This document shows, in pieces, positions 21,223 to 35,600 of a stretch of 64,000 bases of DNA (position 1 is the first letter of the stretch; every line of letters begins with the position of its first letter). Source of the DNA: Diadema antillarum. Taxonomy: Eukaryota. The notes under the pieces are model-generated. The model had not been told where the DNA came from and ran no database searches. It saw only the letters and a program-made list of their open reading frames with translations. The stretch lies in NCBI RefSeq assembly GCF_040938485.1, contig NW_027270918.1:6758001-6822000 (forward strand). Reading direction: 5' to 3'. The position numbers and the translations under genes are program-made.

Positions 21223-23800
21223 GACCACTTATATCAAACAGTTGTCGTCATTACCATCAATGTCGCTATTAGTACGTATTTTATGATAAACGCTCTTCAT
21301 TGCATGGACAACGTCAAGAGTACGAATAAATCGAGGTAAACTCTGTATGAATGCGTCTTTAGACAATGTGGCATCAAAATAGATTCCCTCTACTACGACT
21401 GTGTGTTAGTTTACCCCGTCAAAGACAATCACTATTTAATTGTGACGTCAGAACGTACGCCCTATGACAATAGGGATCGTATGGCATAAAATGATCCAGA
21501 CAACTTCCCAATGAACTAGCATCACTGCAAGTAAAAGTTTCTCTCCGTTAAAAACATGAATGACAATCATAATGAATGTTCATTCAATGTTTAAGTGATT
21601 GTCGCACGGCAGGTCACGGAATCAAAGAAATAGAATGCACTTTGAGTTATATCGCCCATGTCGTATTTTATACTGCGTGCACAAACATGGGATACGGCGG
21701 CGGTTTGTGATTGAGTGCAAGCAATCAGTGTTATTGGGTGTATTTGGATAAATCGTTTCCTTTTGAAATATTCATCTAGAAATATCGTTTTAAGGATTGC
21801 CATTTGTTGTAAGCGAAATTGCATACTTTACTAAATCTCCCTCAATTTGTATGTAAGACACACACATAAAACAAGCGTTTGAAATAGTATACTAGGAAAA
21901 CTGGTTTGTACCTTCGTTTGTGTTTTTTCCCTCTTTCATTGAGCAGTATTGCGAGATTACGCGCGCAGCTAGCTCAATCAACTCAAAATGTCTGGGGGTA
22001 TTACCGGTAATACACATCAAATATGGCGGCTTTCAACAGATTAGCGGTAAATGAAACCTATAGACGGATATTTCACTCAGCATAATGCAAAGTTTTGTAA
22101 TAGACATACTTCTCTTGCAAGCAGAAGATTTATCCAAGTCTCTTTTCCCCAGGGGTGGACACTGTATAATTTATGAAATGCTGCTGCACACATCTTAGTG
22201 CATGTACAGTATCCATACTTGCTCTCATACAGTATCATTAACATAAAAGCTGCACAGATACGCATACGTCGCAGTATTATACAAAGTTACATGCACGAAA
22301 TTTATTAAAAGTACGCATACCGCGAATTTCATGACATGGTCAATAGAACGTAAGCATTTTCCTCACAAGCACGTAACTGTGTGAACCGCACCGATATTTG
22401 TTTCCAAAAGAAAGAAAATAAGAAAGAAAATGTTTCGAGGTGCGCAATCGAATTTCACTGTGTCAAAATGTTTGCAGAAGGTTGACACTAGAGACAGCAG
22501 GTGGTTTTGGCGGGAAAGGCTACAGAATTAAACGAAGTTTAGGGTTTCACGCGGCAGGCATTCAACGTGTTTGTCAGAGTTTCAACTTCGAGCTGCCTGG
22601 GACAATATTTGTCAGCCGAACTATTTCAAATAATGCAACATTTTGTTGACCAGGATTTCGACCAATGAAAGGCGCACTATTTCGAGACGCTGGTCGCTCT
22701 TTGCGGAGGCGTGTACACGGGGGGTAAGCTTACAAAAAAATGTATGTGAAGCTAACAACAGAAGTTTATTTTGCAAAGCAAGGAGCTTCACACGCAATTC
22801 TTCCCCGTCAGGACATCCTAGCACAAAAAGCATGTTCTCTGAAGGTGAATTCATGATGTCGTGAGGTATAACCCCGACGTCTAATCACATCATTCCATAA
22901 AAGGACAGGTACTGTTTATTCTAAAAATAAAGTCACTTACTGAACATGCTTTTTTTTGCTATCAAACTTGCACGAGGCCGCGCAGTATGGGCATCACATT
23001 CACGTCGTATGGCTTGGCCACGAATGGCGTGAATGGTATAGTTATGCACATAATAACACTTGAGATATGCATGATATAGTCATCATCAGTGATCAAGTTA
23101 CAGCGTACAGGTTTGTACATCCATCAATGTACACAACATGTGTGAGTGCAGATAAGCTTCGATGCTTTGGTCACGTAATATACGTCACAGAATGAGTGTG
23201 CGTGTATATATACACCACTTACTCGTAAACTACATACAGTTTATATGAATAAACCAGTGAAACTAAATGCCAACGCTTTGATATCATGTAATAATACCAT
23301 AATAGTGTAAGTTAAGCTTGCATCTATGATGCATTTGTAGAAGTTAATGTTTAGGATGGTTAATCGTTACATGAAATCGTCACATTCACTTTCTAATATA
23401 GTGATGATAATGACAATGATAAATGTGAATACCATTTGGTATATATAAAAGATATCAATTATCATATGAATTCATAAATACAGAAAATATCATCTCGGTT
23501 CATATGCAACAAAACTATTTAAAAAAAAGGCCCACGGAAAAGGAGTGCTTCTATACTGTAAACAACTCATGCCCTAGACGCAAAAACTTTGACTTTCTTA
23601 AATACAGAAGGATTTAAGTAATTCATAACAGGACAGACCGGACAGAAAATAAAAATCCAAACATAGAAGACATAAAAAGACATAAAAAGCACAGCAACAT
23701 GGCATGACTGTAAAAATGCCTACTTACAAGCCCACAAGAATCAGCCTGTCTATCCATATGTGAGATCTAAAAAACGAACACTGATACATCCCTCAAAGCA

Positions 23801-24207
23801 GGAAATGTACAGGTTTACTAATCTATTATAGGCCTTTCGATAGGTCTTCCGCCGTTACATCAGTGCATGTGACAATACTATTGATAATAGATGCATAATC
23901 TCTACCTGAAGTGTTAGACTGTTGGAGGCAATTAGGCAATTCATACAGGTACCATAGACGTGACTCAATGAAGCACGCTCTCACTGTCTATCAATATTGT
24001 GGTGTAACATGACTTCATCGATGGTGATTTGTTTTCTCCATTCGGGAATGTGTAGGTTTACTAATCTATTAGGCTTTTCGATAGGTCTTCCTCCTTTACA
24101 TCGGTGTGGTGGCCCCAGACGTGACTCAATGAAGCACGCCCTCACTGTTCATCAATATTGTAGTGTAACATGACTAAGTGCTGCCTTTTGTTTTCTCTAT
24201 TCGGGAA
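23801..24207. repeat. Local tandem duplication (copy 1 ~23801-24047, copy 2 ~24044-24207)
   Basis: Shared blocks AGGTTTACTAATCTATT, TTTCGATAGGTCTTCC, AGACGTGACTCAATGAAGCACGC, ATCAATATTGT.GTGTAACATGACT and TTTGTTTTCTC.ATTCGGGAA. Copy 1 has ~85 extra bp. Confidence 0.85.
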
Positions 24208-25378
24208 GCATGATCAAAGCAAGAACAGCGCAAGACCATTACAACTGAAGCTAGACTATAATGTTTTCATCTCATCTCATGATCAAGGACATCGCATGTA
24301 GCACTTAGCCTAATGAAACCAACAATCTCCAAAGTCGCAGGAAATTCAAGCCTCTATCCACGTCCAGCAACGCTGCTACCACGAACACGGAGAAACATTG
24401 TAAAAACAACTAAAGATTGTGCTGTACTTGTTGGGTTGCAACCATACTCCTACAGCCATTTACGCAGTGGAGCGAAGATTATGAGTGGGGCCAATCTTCG
24501 ACTTTCGATATCACGGCCGCATTCAGTTGATAGAAATTGTCAATTTGTAGTAAAACTTGACAATATTCTGTAGGTGACCGGTATAGTGTGACGGGAAGCT
24601 ACTGGTATAAGTAGCTTGACAGTGCATGATGTCAATTTGCCGTACAATTGGCTTACTGGCATAAATAGTTAAGAAAAACATCTGGCTAAACCTTAATATC
24701 AATGTCTCAAGAATACTCGGAGACCACTTTCAAACTGTGGACAGCAGCTGAACTTAAAACGAATCACACACATGAAGGATCCAACTGTCATCATCCTGAT
24801 TGGAGCCTGACTGAACTTGTCTCAGTAAGATTTCTTAACCTTTCTGTTCAAATGGATTCATCCTCATAATATTTACGAAGGAAGAAAAAGTAAATGTAAA
24901 GTGGAAGGTTATCATGTCATATGATATATTTGTCTACGTGGTTCCAAGACAAACCTTTAAAACACCCAAATGAGTCTGATGTCCTTTTTAGTTGGGGGAC
25001 GTGAATGCTTCATTGGTAACTTGAAAAATGTCGTTATCTGCCTTGCATTAAGGTGGCGCGATTACTGAGTGATTAGATTTTTTACCCAATTCTCATTAAT
25101 CTATCTTTTGCTGCAGTTCTTAATTTGTGTTAGTTTGCAAGGCTCTTGCGTGCTTCTCTACTTTGCAAACATCTATTAGGGTAGGCCTAATTAGAGTGGT
25201 AGCGTAGAACTAATTCATCAAAGTACTCGGATACTTTTGAACAAGACTGCTCAAGTCACATTTTCACGCTGCTGAGAATATCAGCGGCAGTATACGGGTT
25301 TCAAAATGATACATTCTCCCTCGAAGGCTTATCACACGCCATAAGACGCGTTTCGAGACAAATGTGGTGTTGAGTTAA

Positions 25379-25463
25379 CCCGTTGAGGACGGTTTGATTT
25401 TGCCACAACACGCATTTCCCATAGACACCTGCCCGAGTATACTCGGGACTGGTCCTCAACGTG
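25379..25463. mobile_element. 85-bp piggyBac-like MITE
   Basis: TTAA on both sides (25375-25378 and 25464-25467), 12-bp TIRs CCCGTTGAGGAC / GTCCTCAACGTG (11/12), and an internal perfect palindrome CCCGAGTATACTCGGG. Confidence 0.8.
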
Positions 25464-25623
25464 TTAAAATTATTCCAAGGTTTTCCTCCATCTGCAACGT
25501 CTCAATCTAGAATACTTGATCCAGCGAATAATAATGGAAAACACATTTTTCGTTCCAAGCTGGTAACCGCAACATATAAGATTCACGGACGGTGTTAATG
25601 GCTGTAATCTGATTAAGCGAGTG

Positions 25624-25760
25624 TTATCTTCATGAATGTTTAATTATCAATCATCATTATCATCTTCATAAATGTTTAATTATCAATCATCGTTATTATC
25701 TTCATGAATGCTTAATCATCAATCATCGGTACTATACCTTCATAAATGTTTAATCATAAC
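25624..25760. repeat. 36-bp minisatellite, ~3.6 copies
   Basis: CTTCAT(G/A)AATG(T/C)TTAAT units start at 25628, 25664, 25700 and 25738. Confidence 0.85.
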
Positions 25761-28700
25761 GGTTTAAACTTTCATGACATCTATCAGTTTTGTTGCAAAG
25801 ACATTTAAAATCTTGTGAATAATGAATGAACGTTTCTAGGGAATTGTGATCTATGCACAATTGAAAGTTTAACCTAAGTAATGATCTGGAAGATTTTACA
25901 TCCTTGGGGGGAACTCAAAACTTTCTTTTTTGTTTTCTTTGTAAAGCTGTGCGGAAATGCAATCCGCAAGTTTAAACATGAGCCCGTCCGCCGAAGTGAG
26001 ATGTGTCTTCCGGGATGCTCGATTTTGATGTGTATGTCTCCTCCATTTATCAGCGGTTCGATATCATACATTATTCTTCCTTGTCTTGGATGTGTACCGT
26101 TCGCGGAATACGAAAGTGGTACTCTCAGATGGAGAAGTGGTGGGATATATTCTATTTCTTCTTTTGGCTGGGTGGAGAATATGTTTCTCTTCCTGATCTT
26201 ACGGAGACGAGTCGTCCTCCAGGAGCCGACTGGCTCCGTGGGTTACGGAAAATGAACGATTGTGACTGGAATGGGGAGATGCCCGATCCATCATGGCTGA
26301 TTCCCGCCACGGAGCGCGGAGGGCGCCCCGGGGTAAGTATCGGCGGTGATGGTGGAGATAATGAAAGATGAATTTAACGCCCTTCGCAGAAGGACTAGGA
26401 ATACACGCGTGAGACTGTCTATTGGATTATTTTAAGACGAGTATATAAATATTGGCTGACGTGACTGACGTACGGGTATTTAATCAAAGGCAAGGGCTTT
26501 CGGTTATGTCTTTTTACAAAACAGAAAATTATTCCTCTTATAGCATGTTACCTTTCGATATTGTCAACCTTAATATCATACAGTTCACGCGTGTATCCTA
26601 TTAAAAACCATGCATTCCCGATATTTGAACATACGGTTTGTTTAACTTTTTAGAGCATCTACAAAATACGAAGTGCGCAGAAAATCAAAATAAACTTTGA
26701 TGAGAAACATAAAGTTAAAAGCATCGTTCACATCTGAAATTTCCCCAATGCGTCTCCTCATCGCTGTCCGTGCAAGTCAAGCGCTCATTTTCATACTACA
26801 AGACTAGTATAAGTAACTCGCTCGCAGTGATCCTTTTCACGCTGCTCCCTCTGTTTGCTATCTGGACTTTTCTCTCTCTTTTTTTTTTTTTTTTTTTTTG
26901 GACAGGCAGACGCTGGATGCATCATGTCGTGCGGCGATTCTAAAAGAGCGTTATTAAATCTCTTGGTTTGCTCTCCTCGCTTCCTCCTCAAACTCGCGTT
27001 TATCACTGCACTTTGACGACCCGGGAAAAAAACCGAATTAACGTGAAAACCGAGCGCACAGAATAAACCAACAGATGCACTGACACGCCTGTGCCACGCA
27101 TGCATTAGGGCATGATAATGACGTGGGATGCATCAGGTACTCGTTGGCAGTGGGCGAGTTTAAAGCTACCGTAGTCATCGCCGAAACCCGGGCAAAAAAT
27201 CGACGCGTCTTTGGGATGAAACACGAGAGGAATAGAATTCAGTGGGGACGTCATCGAATAGCTTTTCACTAGAACGATGGAGGGAAAAAAACGGGTGGAG
27301 GAAGGACTAGAATCGTTGGCAGTGAGAGGATTTTTAATAAATTTACAGCCTGCTTTGATATTTATAAGATTGCTTATACCAAGTAACTTAATCTTCTTTT
27401 CTGCTTTACTGGGCAGCACCGCGTCTCCACATAGAGACGAAATCTTATCTGTCTTACAACCATGATTATTCATCTCCTTGGCTATAATTTATGATGAATG
27501 TCGAACCACTTAGGAATAGTTTTAATGCATGACTTACTTCTGATGTAAGGAAAGTAGCAAAAGATGGATGACTTTACTAGCTCTATATCACACTCCGATA
27601 AAGAGACACACTTTACGAATGGTTTGCCAGCAAGGAATGAGAGACTTTATACACACAATTAGATGGTGTCACGGGCCTAGATCAGCTTATATCCTTTAGG
27701 AATTCTTACAATTTGCAGTGTTTCTGTGTTGTGCAAAACTTTGCAACGTTATCAGGTCTTTATTACGCAGACGCCTTCTGCAGCTTCGGGCAGCCCTCGC
27801 TGTTGAAATTGAAGAAGCGACTTTAGATCGCGACTACGCAATCAATGAAATGAATACATAATATGCCACAATCGATTTTCCTGGGCTGTCAAGATCTTAT
27901 GACACTCGAGATAAAAGAACACCAAAAGCGCGGTCACCGAACCAGCTGAGCTTCATTCCTACTACACTTTATATGGATTGAAATGACGACCCCCCCCCCC
28001 CCCCCCCCACACACACACGTTCATTTTAGCTTGTGGCAAAAAAGAAAAAAGAAAAAAGACACAAACAAAAATCTGTTAGCTGCCAGGAATGATACATTGA
28101 TAGCGAGGAAAACTACAGAATGTGTTTTTACGCTCACAGGCGTAATCCAACGACGGAGAAGTAGCAGTATCATGCCTTGAATCTTACCTAGTATAGTGAT
28201 CGTGAAGTGGCATCGGATGAGGAAAGGAATTATGCGTAACAGACGTCTTAATTTGATGAGCAGAAGGTAGTTTGGGCACTGACTGGCAAAGAGGGAGCTT
28301 ATTTCAGGGGAAAAACTCCAGGCGAATTATACAGTTCATCTATTTCTGTTACTCAAATTGGAGAGCGCCATTGCAAAACGAAGGAGGGTGCATCGATTTA
28401 GTGAAGCGTCGTTATCAAATTGGAAGAAAACGTTCATTGACATCAATACTGGGTCGCCCTGGGATGAAAAGTACTGTGATAGCACTGACCTTCACAGCGA
28501 TGGGACTCTCTCAGTAAAGTGTCAAATGCCCCCCACATAATGTAGGATACGAAATTGCGTTTAAATAGTAAGCCAGCATCTGACCACACGATACGTCGGG
28601 GAGAGATTTAGGCGCGAAGACCAACGTTCTTGTATTATAGAGGGCATACGGTGCTTCTTCGCATGCATGTGAAGATGTGGAGAGTGTGGAATATCGAATA

Positions 28701-28904
28701 AACCTTGATCGACATCATTCAGCAGCTCGTCTTCCTAATCGTCAAAAAGAATGTCCTACAATCACTATCATGCGAGAAATAGAAGATGTGTGTAAACGCA
28801 TATATCGGTTTCAGTATTCACTAAAAACGCATGCAACGTGCTCTTCCCACCATAACTGTACTAAACAATAATAATGTATTTTTATGCAACACGTAGGACC
28901 GACA

Positions 28905-28949
<45 letters not shown>

Positions 28950-29047
28950 TGTGTGTGTGTGTGTATTTGTAAAATGCTGACAAATTTGATTATTTAATCA
29001 CCTTACGTGATGTGACTCAGAACAAAACTATACAAGACGGTGTTCTT

Positions 29048-29186
29048 GGGGGCATTTCATGAAGCTTTTTGTCCGACAAAGTTGTCGGAGAAATTTGCTC
29101 TAAGCCAATCATATGCAAGGATTTCAGTAACTTGTAACAGTTTGTCTGAAAAATATCCGACCAAAACGGTTCATGAAATGCCCCCC
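29048..29186. mobile_element. Short MITE with GGGGGCATTTCATGAA TIRs (PIF/Harbinger-like)
   Basis: Terminal inverted repeat GGGGGCATTTCATGAA / TTCATGAAATGCCCCC with an internal GTCCGACAAAGTTGTCGG hairpin. The superfamily is inferred from the G-rich termini. Confidence 0.7.
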
Positions 29187-30321
29187 TGATGTCCATATCA
29201 AATGAGAATTTATTTTTTGTTATCATTTTTCGCCCATTGACTGCAGACTACATGCTCTGTTCGAGTGGGGATGCCTCCGTAGACTGCTCCTAGAAATGGA
29301 TTCTATCACGAAGTAAATGTTGTGCTTCTATCATTAATGCAGTTCCTATTTTGGGAATCTGGATCACAAATATGCATCTACATTTCTCCTATTGTTCAAA
29401 GCATTTCATTTTCTCGGCGAGGGAAGTATCGTGGTGTCTGTACAGCACAGTGACGCCAGGTTGTTAGCCTTCTCATCGAGCCTTCGAGAAAATGTATATG
29501 AAATCTCAAATAAATCACCTCGGAATTGCATTTACTGCTGATTTGAAAGTAAGTAATGATTGTTTTGAGAGTAACATAATTTCATATAAGACGTGAAGAG
29601 ATGAAAATCCCTGTAAGCTTTTGATAATGTCTTACAGTAGAGTACATGTATGTGGAAGATTTGGTAGTTTGTGTTCAGTATAATACTCCGAAGTGAGGAT
29701 CCGAAAACTTTTTTTTTCCTTCTTCTTTTACATTTACAAAATTTTCACTTTGATTGCTATACGATTTTATTTTGCAATGATAATTGTAAAAAGAATGACA
29801 TTAAATCTCTTGATTTCTATTTTCGTCCCACTTTTTTGTTGTTTTTATTTGGGGGCAGGTGTTGTTATCTATTTGTTTTTGTTTTTGTTTTTTGGTGAAA
29901 TTACCAGTTCAATTCAAAATTCAGTTCATTCTCAACGGAACACAAGTTAACACGGTGTGCGGATAAGATGACAATATAATGACGTCATTGTCCACGTCAT
30001 TGTTTTGCTATAAATTATGATTGCCATTGCAATAAAAGGTTTCGGTTTACAACACGTTCCAGCGAAAAAAAAAATGCCAGACCCACCAAAGAGCAGTGCT
30101 TGCATTGTGCATGTCACTCAAATAAAATTTAGATAAATGTATGAAAAATGAATTTACCTACACATATAGACATAGATAGAGACAAATATATAGAAATAAA
30201 TGGGGATATGCACATGATATAGGCTATAGCCCACGAAGAGAAAACAAAAGCAAACTCGGGACTGGATATTGGACATGATAGGACAATAGACGCAAGAAGA
30301 CACAAGAAAAAGAGAGAAGAC

Positions 30322-30408
30322 AAACTTATTTAACAATGAAAACAAAAGGACAAAATTATTCAACAATGAAAACAAAAGGACAAAATTATTTAACAATCAA
30401 AACAAAGC
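30322..30408. repeat. 30-bp minisatellite, ~2.8 copies
   Basis: TTATT(T/C)AACAAT(G/C)AAAACAAAAGGACAAAA is repeated. It explains the LLNNFVLLFS repeats in the spurious ORF 30154-30396. Confidence 0.85.
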
Positions 30409-32141
30409 CTACATAGAGAGAAGTAAGAAAATAAGATGATGAATCAGACAGATCTGAATCGTACGCTTCAACTTCTTGATAAATCATAATACTTGTACAT
30501 GATCGATATTATGTATATGATTTTACAAAGAAATGCTGGCAAATACTAAATGATGACACAAGCTAACTAATCTGCAGATGAAATATACGACCGTAGTAGA
30601 GAATGATTGAGTTTATATGCGCTTAAAAGAATTATCTGTAAGAGCATGTTTTATTTTATCAAGAGAGTTCCAGAATCAGGAACAAGTATATAAAAAAAAT
30701 ATTTTGGGCTAACAATGTTCATTGTACGAAGGGAATATGAAATTAATTGGATTGTCTAGTAGGATTATAATGGGGAAAATGTTTAAACGTTCTGTTAGAT
30801 ATACTAGGGAGAGAGTTGTACATGAAATGAATGCGAATTTTCGATTTTCAAGGTTTTGTTCTGAAAGAACGACTGATTTGTATGAGAGCATACAGCAGTA
30901 TCATACTGTCATTGCCCTAGTTCTGGGCATGGTTCCTAAATCAGACATTGACCTGATGCTTGCATATTGGAGGCGATGTATTTTCCTGAACCATGGGTAA
31001 AGTGATTGATTTCGTGAAATTTCCCCAATGAAGCACGAACCAATAAAGAAGACCGGGGGGGGGGGGGGGTATGAAGTCGGGTGATCTGCGGTCAACCAGT
31101 GAGGTTGACGGCTGCTCTGCCGTGGCTTAAAGTCGAGTATCTTCTCTTGTCAAGACTTCAAAACTCCTTCTGATCTGCTCTCGTTTCTCTCTTCTCGTCC
31201 CCCCCCCCTCCCTCATCTTCCTCCCCCTCCTCCACAATGATTCGTACACTTCAATCTTTTCCACTTTGCTAAGTGAGCTAATTTGGGCGCCATTTCTGGC
31301 TGTCGATATAGCCCTTTACACAGCACTGCGAAAGCAAGCACTCGTCCATCGCGAGAATGGTGTCTGTTTGAAGAGGCGGTAAGGTATGCGGGTGCCCGGC
31401 TCGTTACGCTCAAGCATTAGACACGCCTCACAAATCGCCCCACCAACAAGACAAGCTGCTTGGGGCAACATGTGGGTAGATCAAACGCACCCCGCTCATT
31501 AGAAACTTTCCATTTAACGAATAATCATTTTGGCGCTTTATATATCGGTATCACCTCACAACCTCTGCACTTCTTTACAGAAAACGGCTTTGCGTAACTG
31601 ACAGAGCACAAGAACATCCTTTATATTTCATATTGTTCGTTACACATTACTTGTCAAACTTCATCTCCATGACAACACATCGTGTTATAGAAGAGTTGAT
31701 GGAAAAACCATTTATCATGAGCAATGAGTCACACTTATGTCGAATCGCAACAAGCCATTAAAAAATACTCTTGGCGATTGCACAAAAACAATAACAACAT
31801 CGTCTGCTGGTTTGCAAAAGGTTTCCCATCATTTAGAGAAAAGTGGGCCTCACGAAGATCACGATCCATCAGCATTTGATCCTGAGTGTGGAGGGAATTC
31901 TGTCCAAATCACATGAAATCCCGAGTCTGCCACTCAACACGTCCCACTTTCTCTAAGAGAGGCGAGTGCGGGGCAGATGAAGGAAAACATATCGCCTTTC
32001 AAGTTGCAGGCAGGGTTTGTATATACGAAACAGCAAAAACACGTAGCTGTGACAAGCAATCGCGATGAAAGTCGTGATTTGGAATACACCCACCTATTCG
32101 AATGTCCCTCTACCCCTGGTAAAGAAGTATTATATATGTAT

Positions 32142-32212
<71 letters not shown>

Positions 32213-32568
32213 CTCCTAGATGGGTCATTTGGAAGACATTTCCATTTGTTTTATATGCAAATTTTAAAATACATGTTCAATGGCAATTTACGCAATGGAG
32301 ACACGAAAATTGTCTCCTTAATGACCAGTTGTCTCCCTAATGAAGACACTTCCCCCCAATATGTCTCNNNNNNNNNNNNNNNNNNNNNNNNNNNNNNNNN
32401 NNNNNNNNNNNNNNNNNNNNNNNNNNNNNNNNNNNNNNNNNNNNNNNNNNNNNNNNNNNNNNNNNNNNNNNNNNNNNNNNNNNNNNNNNNNNNNNNNNNN
32501 NAGGAGGAACAGTGAGAGGAATAATGATGTCAAAGCTATGCACGATTTCTCCTTCCTTTCTCATATCT

Positions 32569-32612
<44 letters not shown>

Positions 32613-35600
32613 CACAAATTCAGTGATATCCACCATTAGAAACAACATGAACAATTGTCTCAAGACTGGATTGAAATGATTGTTTCAATATATTATTATA
32701 CATGAAGACGATTACATTGCTGTGCTAACATTAAGTGAAGAAAGATAATCATATAGTAAAAAGGAGGTAATGGGCGGCCTCTTTGTCAATATAGCGAATG
32801 AAACTCTGGCCTAGACAGAAGGATGGGAAATGCAGAAGGACGAAACTGACTCGAGGCAGGTCAGATATGATATGAAGGAGTGAGTGCCTGCGGCTGAGAT
32901 GGCCGAGCTGCCGCGAACAAACGCGCCCACTAGTCCGCATAAGTAGCTGTGTAAGTGTCGTCTGCGCAGAAATCGGAAGCGCCAAGATTTTCCGCCAGGT
33001 TCGAGGGAGCACGGGGTAAAAGGAGAAATGCTCGTGTGTCCTCTTCTTGATGGCGTGCGGACCCATCTCTTGTTTAATTGACTAGATATGCTAATGGCCA
33101 CGTCTTCGACTTGAGTGGCCTCATCCAGCGTAGATAGAGAACTCGGTCCCGGATAAAATGTCCTCTGGAGTGAATAAAAGTCGACATTCCGCGCCATCTT
33201 GTTCCGAGAGGAACCCAATACAGGCATTTGCCCGCGGCTGGGATAGCAAACTATAATTACTTTCCAGAGCCAACAGCAACATGAGTGCGAGGATAAAAGA
33301 AAGAGATTGTCAGTAAATCCGCAGATTTGTTTTGCTAAAGCGAAATGAAAGAGAAACTTGATTGGAAAATGTATACCCGTTAAATCCACCCTTTTAGAGA
33401 TTCTAACGCGTCGACGTCACGTTCAATTTTGAACGAGATATCATAATATTCACCAAATTACACGTTTAGTATTCATTGTCATTACGTCATCGTACATAAA
33501 AAAAATATATACATATATAGAGAGAGAGAACTTACGCAGCTATTTCTTTTTGCTATTTTTGCATTAATCACTTGCGCTCATTTTAAGTAAATGTCAACCA
33601 AATTTTATTAATGAAATATGTCTTCTTAGTATTACGTCATTTAAAAGACTATAGTGCGACATCGTAACACAAGTATGCAATATAAGTTTATTTCATTCTC
33701 TTTTACATCCTTTCTTTCTATGTCTGAAAAAAAAATCTTATCGTTCCAATGCTTTTGTTGTTGTTGTTTTTTTATCAGATTATAGGACCTGAATTTGTAT
33801 TGTACCACTGGCTTTCTAAACACTTTAATTTCGGCGCGAACAATATCCTGGTGAAAATGACGATATCAATGCTTGGCTAAAAACAAAAAGTAAAAAAAAA
33901 AATGTTTGTGCGGAGATAAGCGAACTGCGCTCGGGTGTCTCCAAAAGTAAGTTCTGCAACAAATACAGTAAACATGCTGAGCTATCACTTTCATTTGATG
34001 TCTTTAAGTCTGGTCAATCTGCGGGCGCTTCATCGGATAGGAATGATCAATGAAACGAAAGTAAATCTCCAGAAACAGAGAACAAACACTTCTCATCGCT
34101 TGTTCAATTACACGGTGCGCGCTTTAAAGTTATCCTCCTCCGGAAAGAGGCAATCAAGTATATAAAAACAACCATAAAATATATATNNNNNNNNNNNNNN
34201 NNNNNNNNNNNNNNNNNNNNNNNNNNNNNNNNNNNNNNNNNNNNNNNNNNNNNNNNNNNNNNNNNNNNNNNNNNNNNNNNNNNNNNNNNNNNNNNNNNNN
34301 NNNNNNNNNNNNNNNNNNNNNNNNNNNNNNNNNNNNNNNNNNNNNNNNNAACAAAGTTCATGCTGTATTCACCAACGGTTTATTTCTTCACACAAATTTT
34401 CGGGCGTCTCGCCGCCCTTTCTCAAGTGTTGATACTGAGAGAACAATAACAAAATATTTTGTTATATATATATATATATATATATACATGCAGTTTGTGT
34501 GTGTGTGTGTGTCCGTTTGGTACACAGCTCTTTCAGAATCATCGAGAGTGTATAACAACATGGCCATGATACTGCTTTGCTTGGGCTCGTTATTCTCTGT
34601 CATGATCGGACAGTAACGCTGCATAATGAACCAAACGTGGGGAGTTACAGATGTAGAGAAATGCATTTTGAAGCCTAACGAACCTTTCAATATTGACAAA
34701 ATTGACATATTGTATGACATGCAGGGATAAGCTCTTCTCGATCGCTGTCTGGTGCGTCAAATATTATGTGCGTGCCTACGCAGCTATTTTCGCCGCGTAT
34801 CTTCTAGCTGCTTGTTAGCAGACAGCATGATCCAATAAGTTTAGGTACCGCGTAATAGGTTTGAGGTTGGACGATAATGTTCTGGGAACAGGCCGTGTGT
34901 CGAGCATGTAATACAACGCCTCTAGTCATGAAACTACCTTACCAGAGCCCTCAAGGACCGTGTCTGTCTCTTTTCCACTCTGTGTAGTATTCGTGAATAA
35001 AGAATCAAAGAAAGAAAGGTTATCAATTATAGCACTGCAAGACCAACATCTTGTAAATTATGATTTTGAATTAAGGAATGGACGACCAAATAGGATATCA
35101 GGTTACATCCTTACCCAGGACTTGACATAAGTCATTTTAATCGAAGAGTGGCTGTTTCCTTTTTTTTTTTAAATTCAATATTCCCAATTATTCTCTAAAG
35201 TCATTTCTATACATTTGTTTGTGACGCTTTGTCTGGTGATAATTTATTATTAATTATGTGTATATATTTTGCGTTTTCAGTGTTGATGTATAAAGCTGAT
35301 CGTCTCTGATAGGATGCAAAGACCATTCAAATTGATAAACTAAACAAACTGAATTAAACTTCATAAACATTATAAGGTGGAACACGTCCGTCTATACGTT
35401 GTTTAGTATTACAATCCAGGGAGCACTTTGCTAGGTGAGATATGAACACAATTTCTTACGACAGTTGCAAGATTCTTTTAGAGTGCCTTACGATTATTCA
35501 GAGACTGTATGCAGGGAGGAAGTTCGAACAACATCCTGCAGCAAATTGAAGCAGTTGAAATAAGTGATGTAGACAAGCGAGAGGACTGGATTAAATCCGG

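Noticed and set aside
25624-25760. CRISPR-like array (36-bp period)
   Set aside because: The units are contiguous with no unique spacers, there are no cas genes, and the context is eukaryotic. It is a minisatellite.
25881-26371. Two overlapping ORFs of ~120 aa
   Set aside because: Trp/Cys-rich random-like composition, no domain and no splice context.
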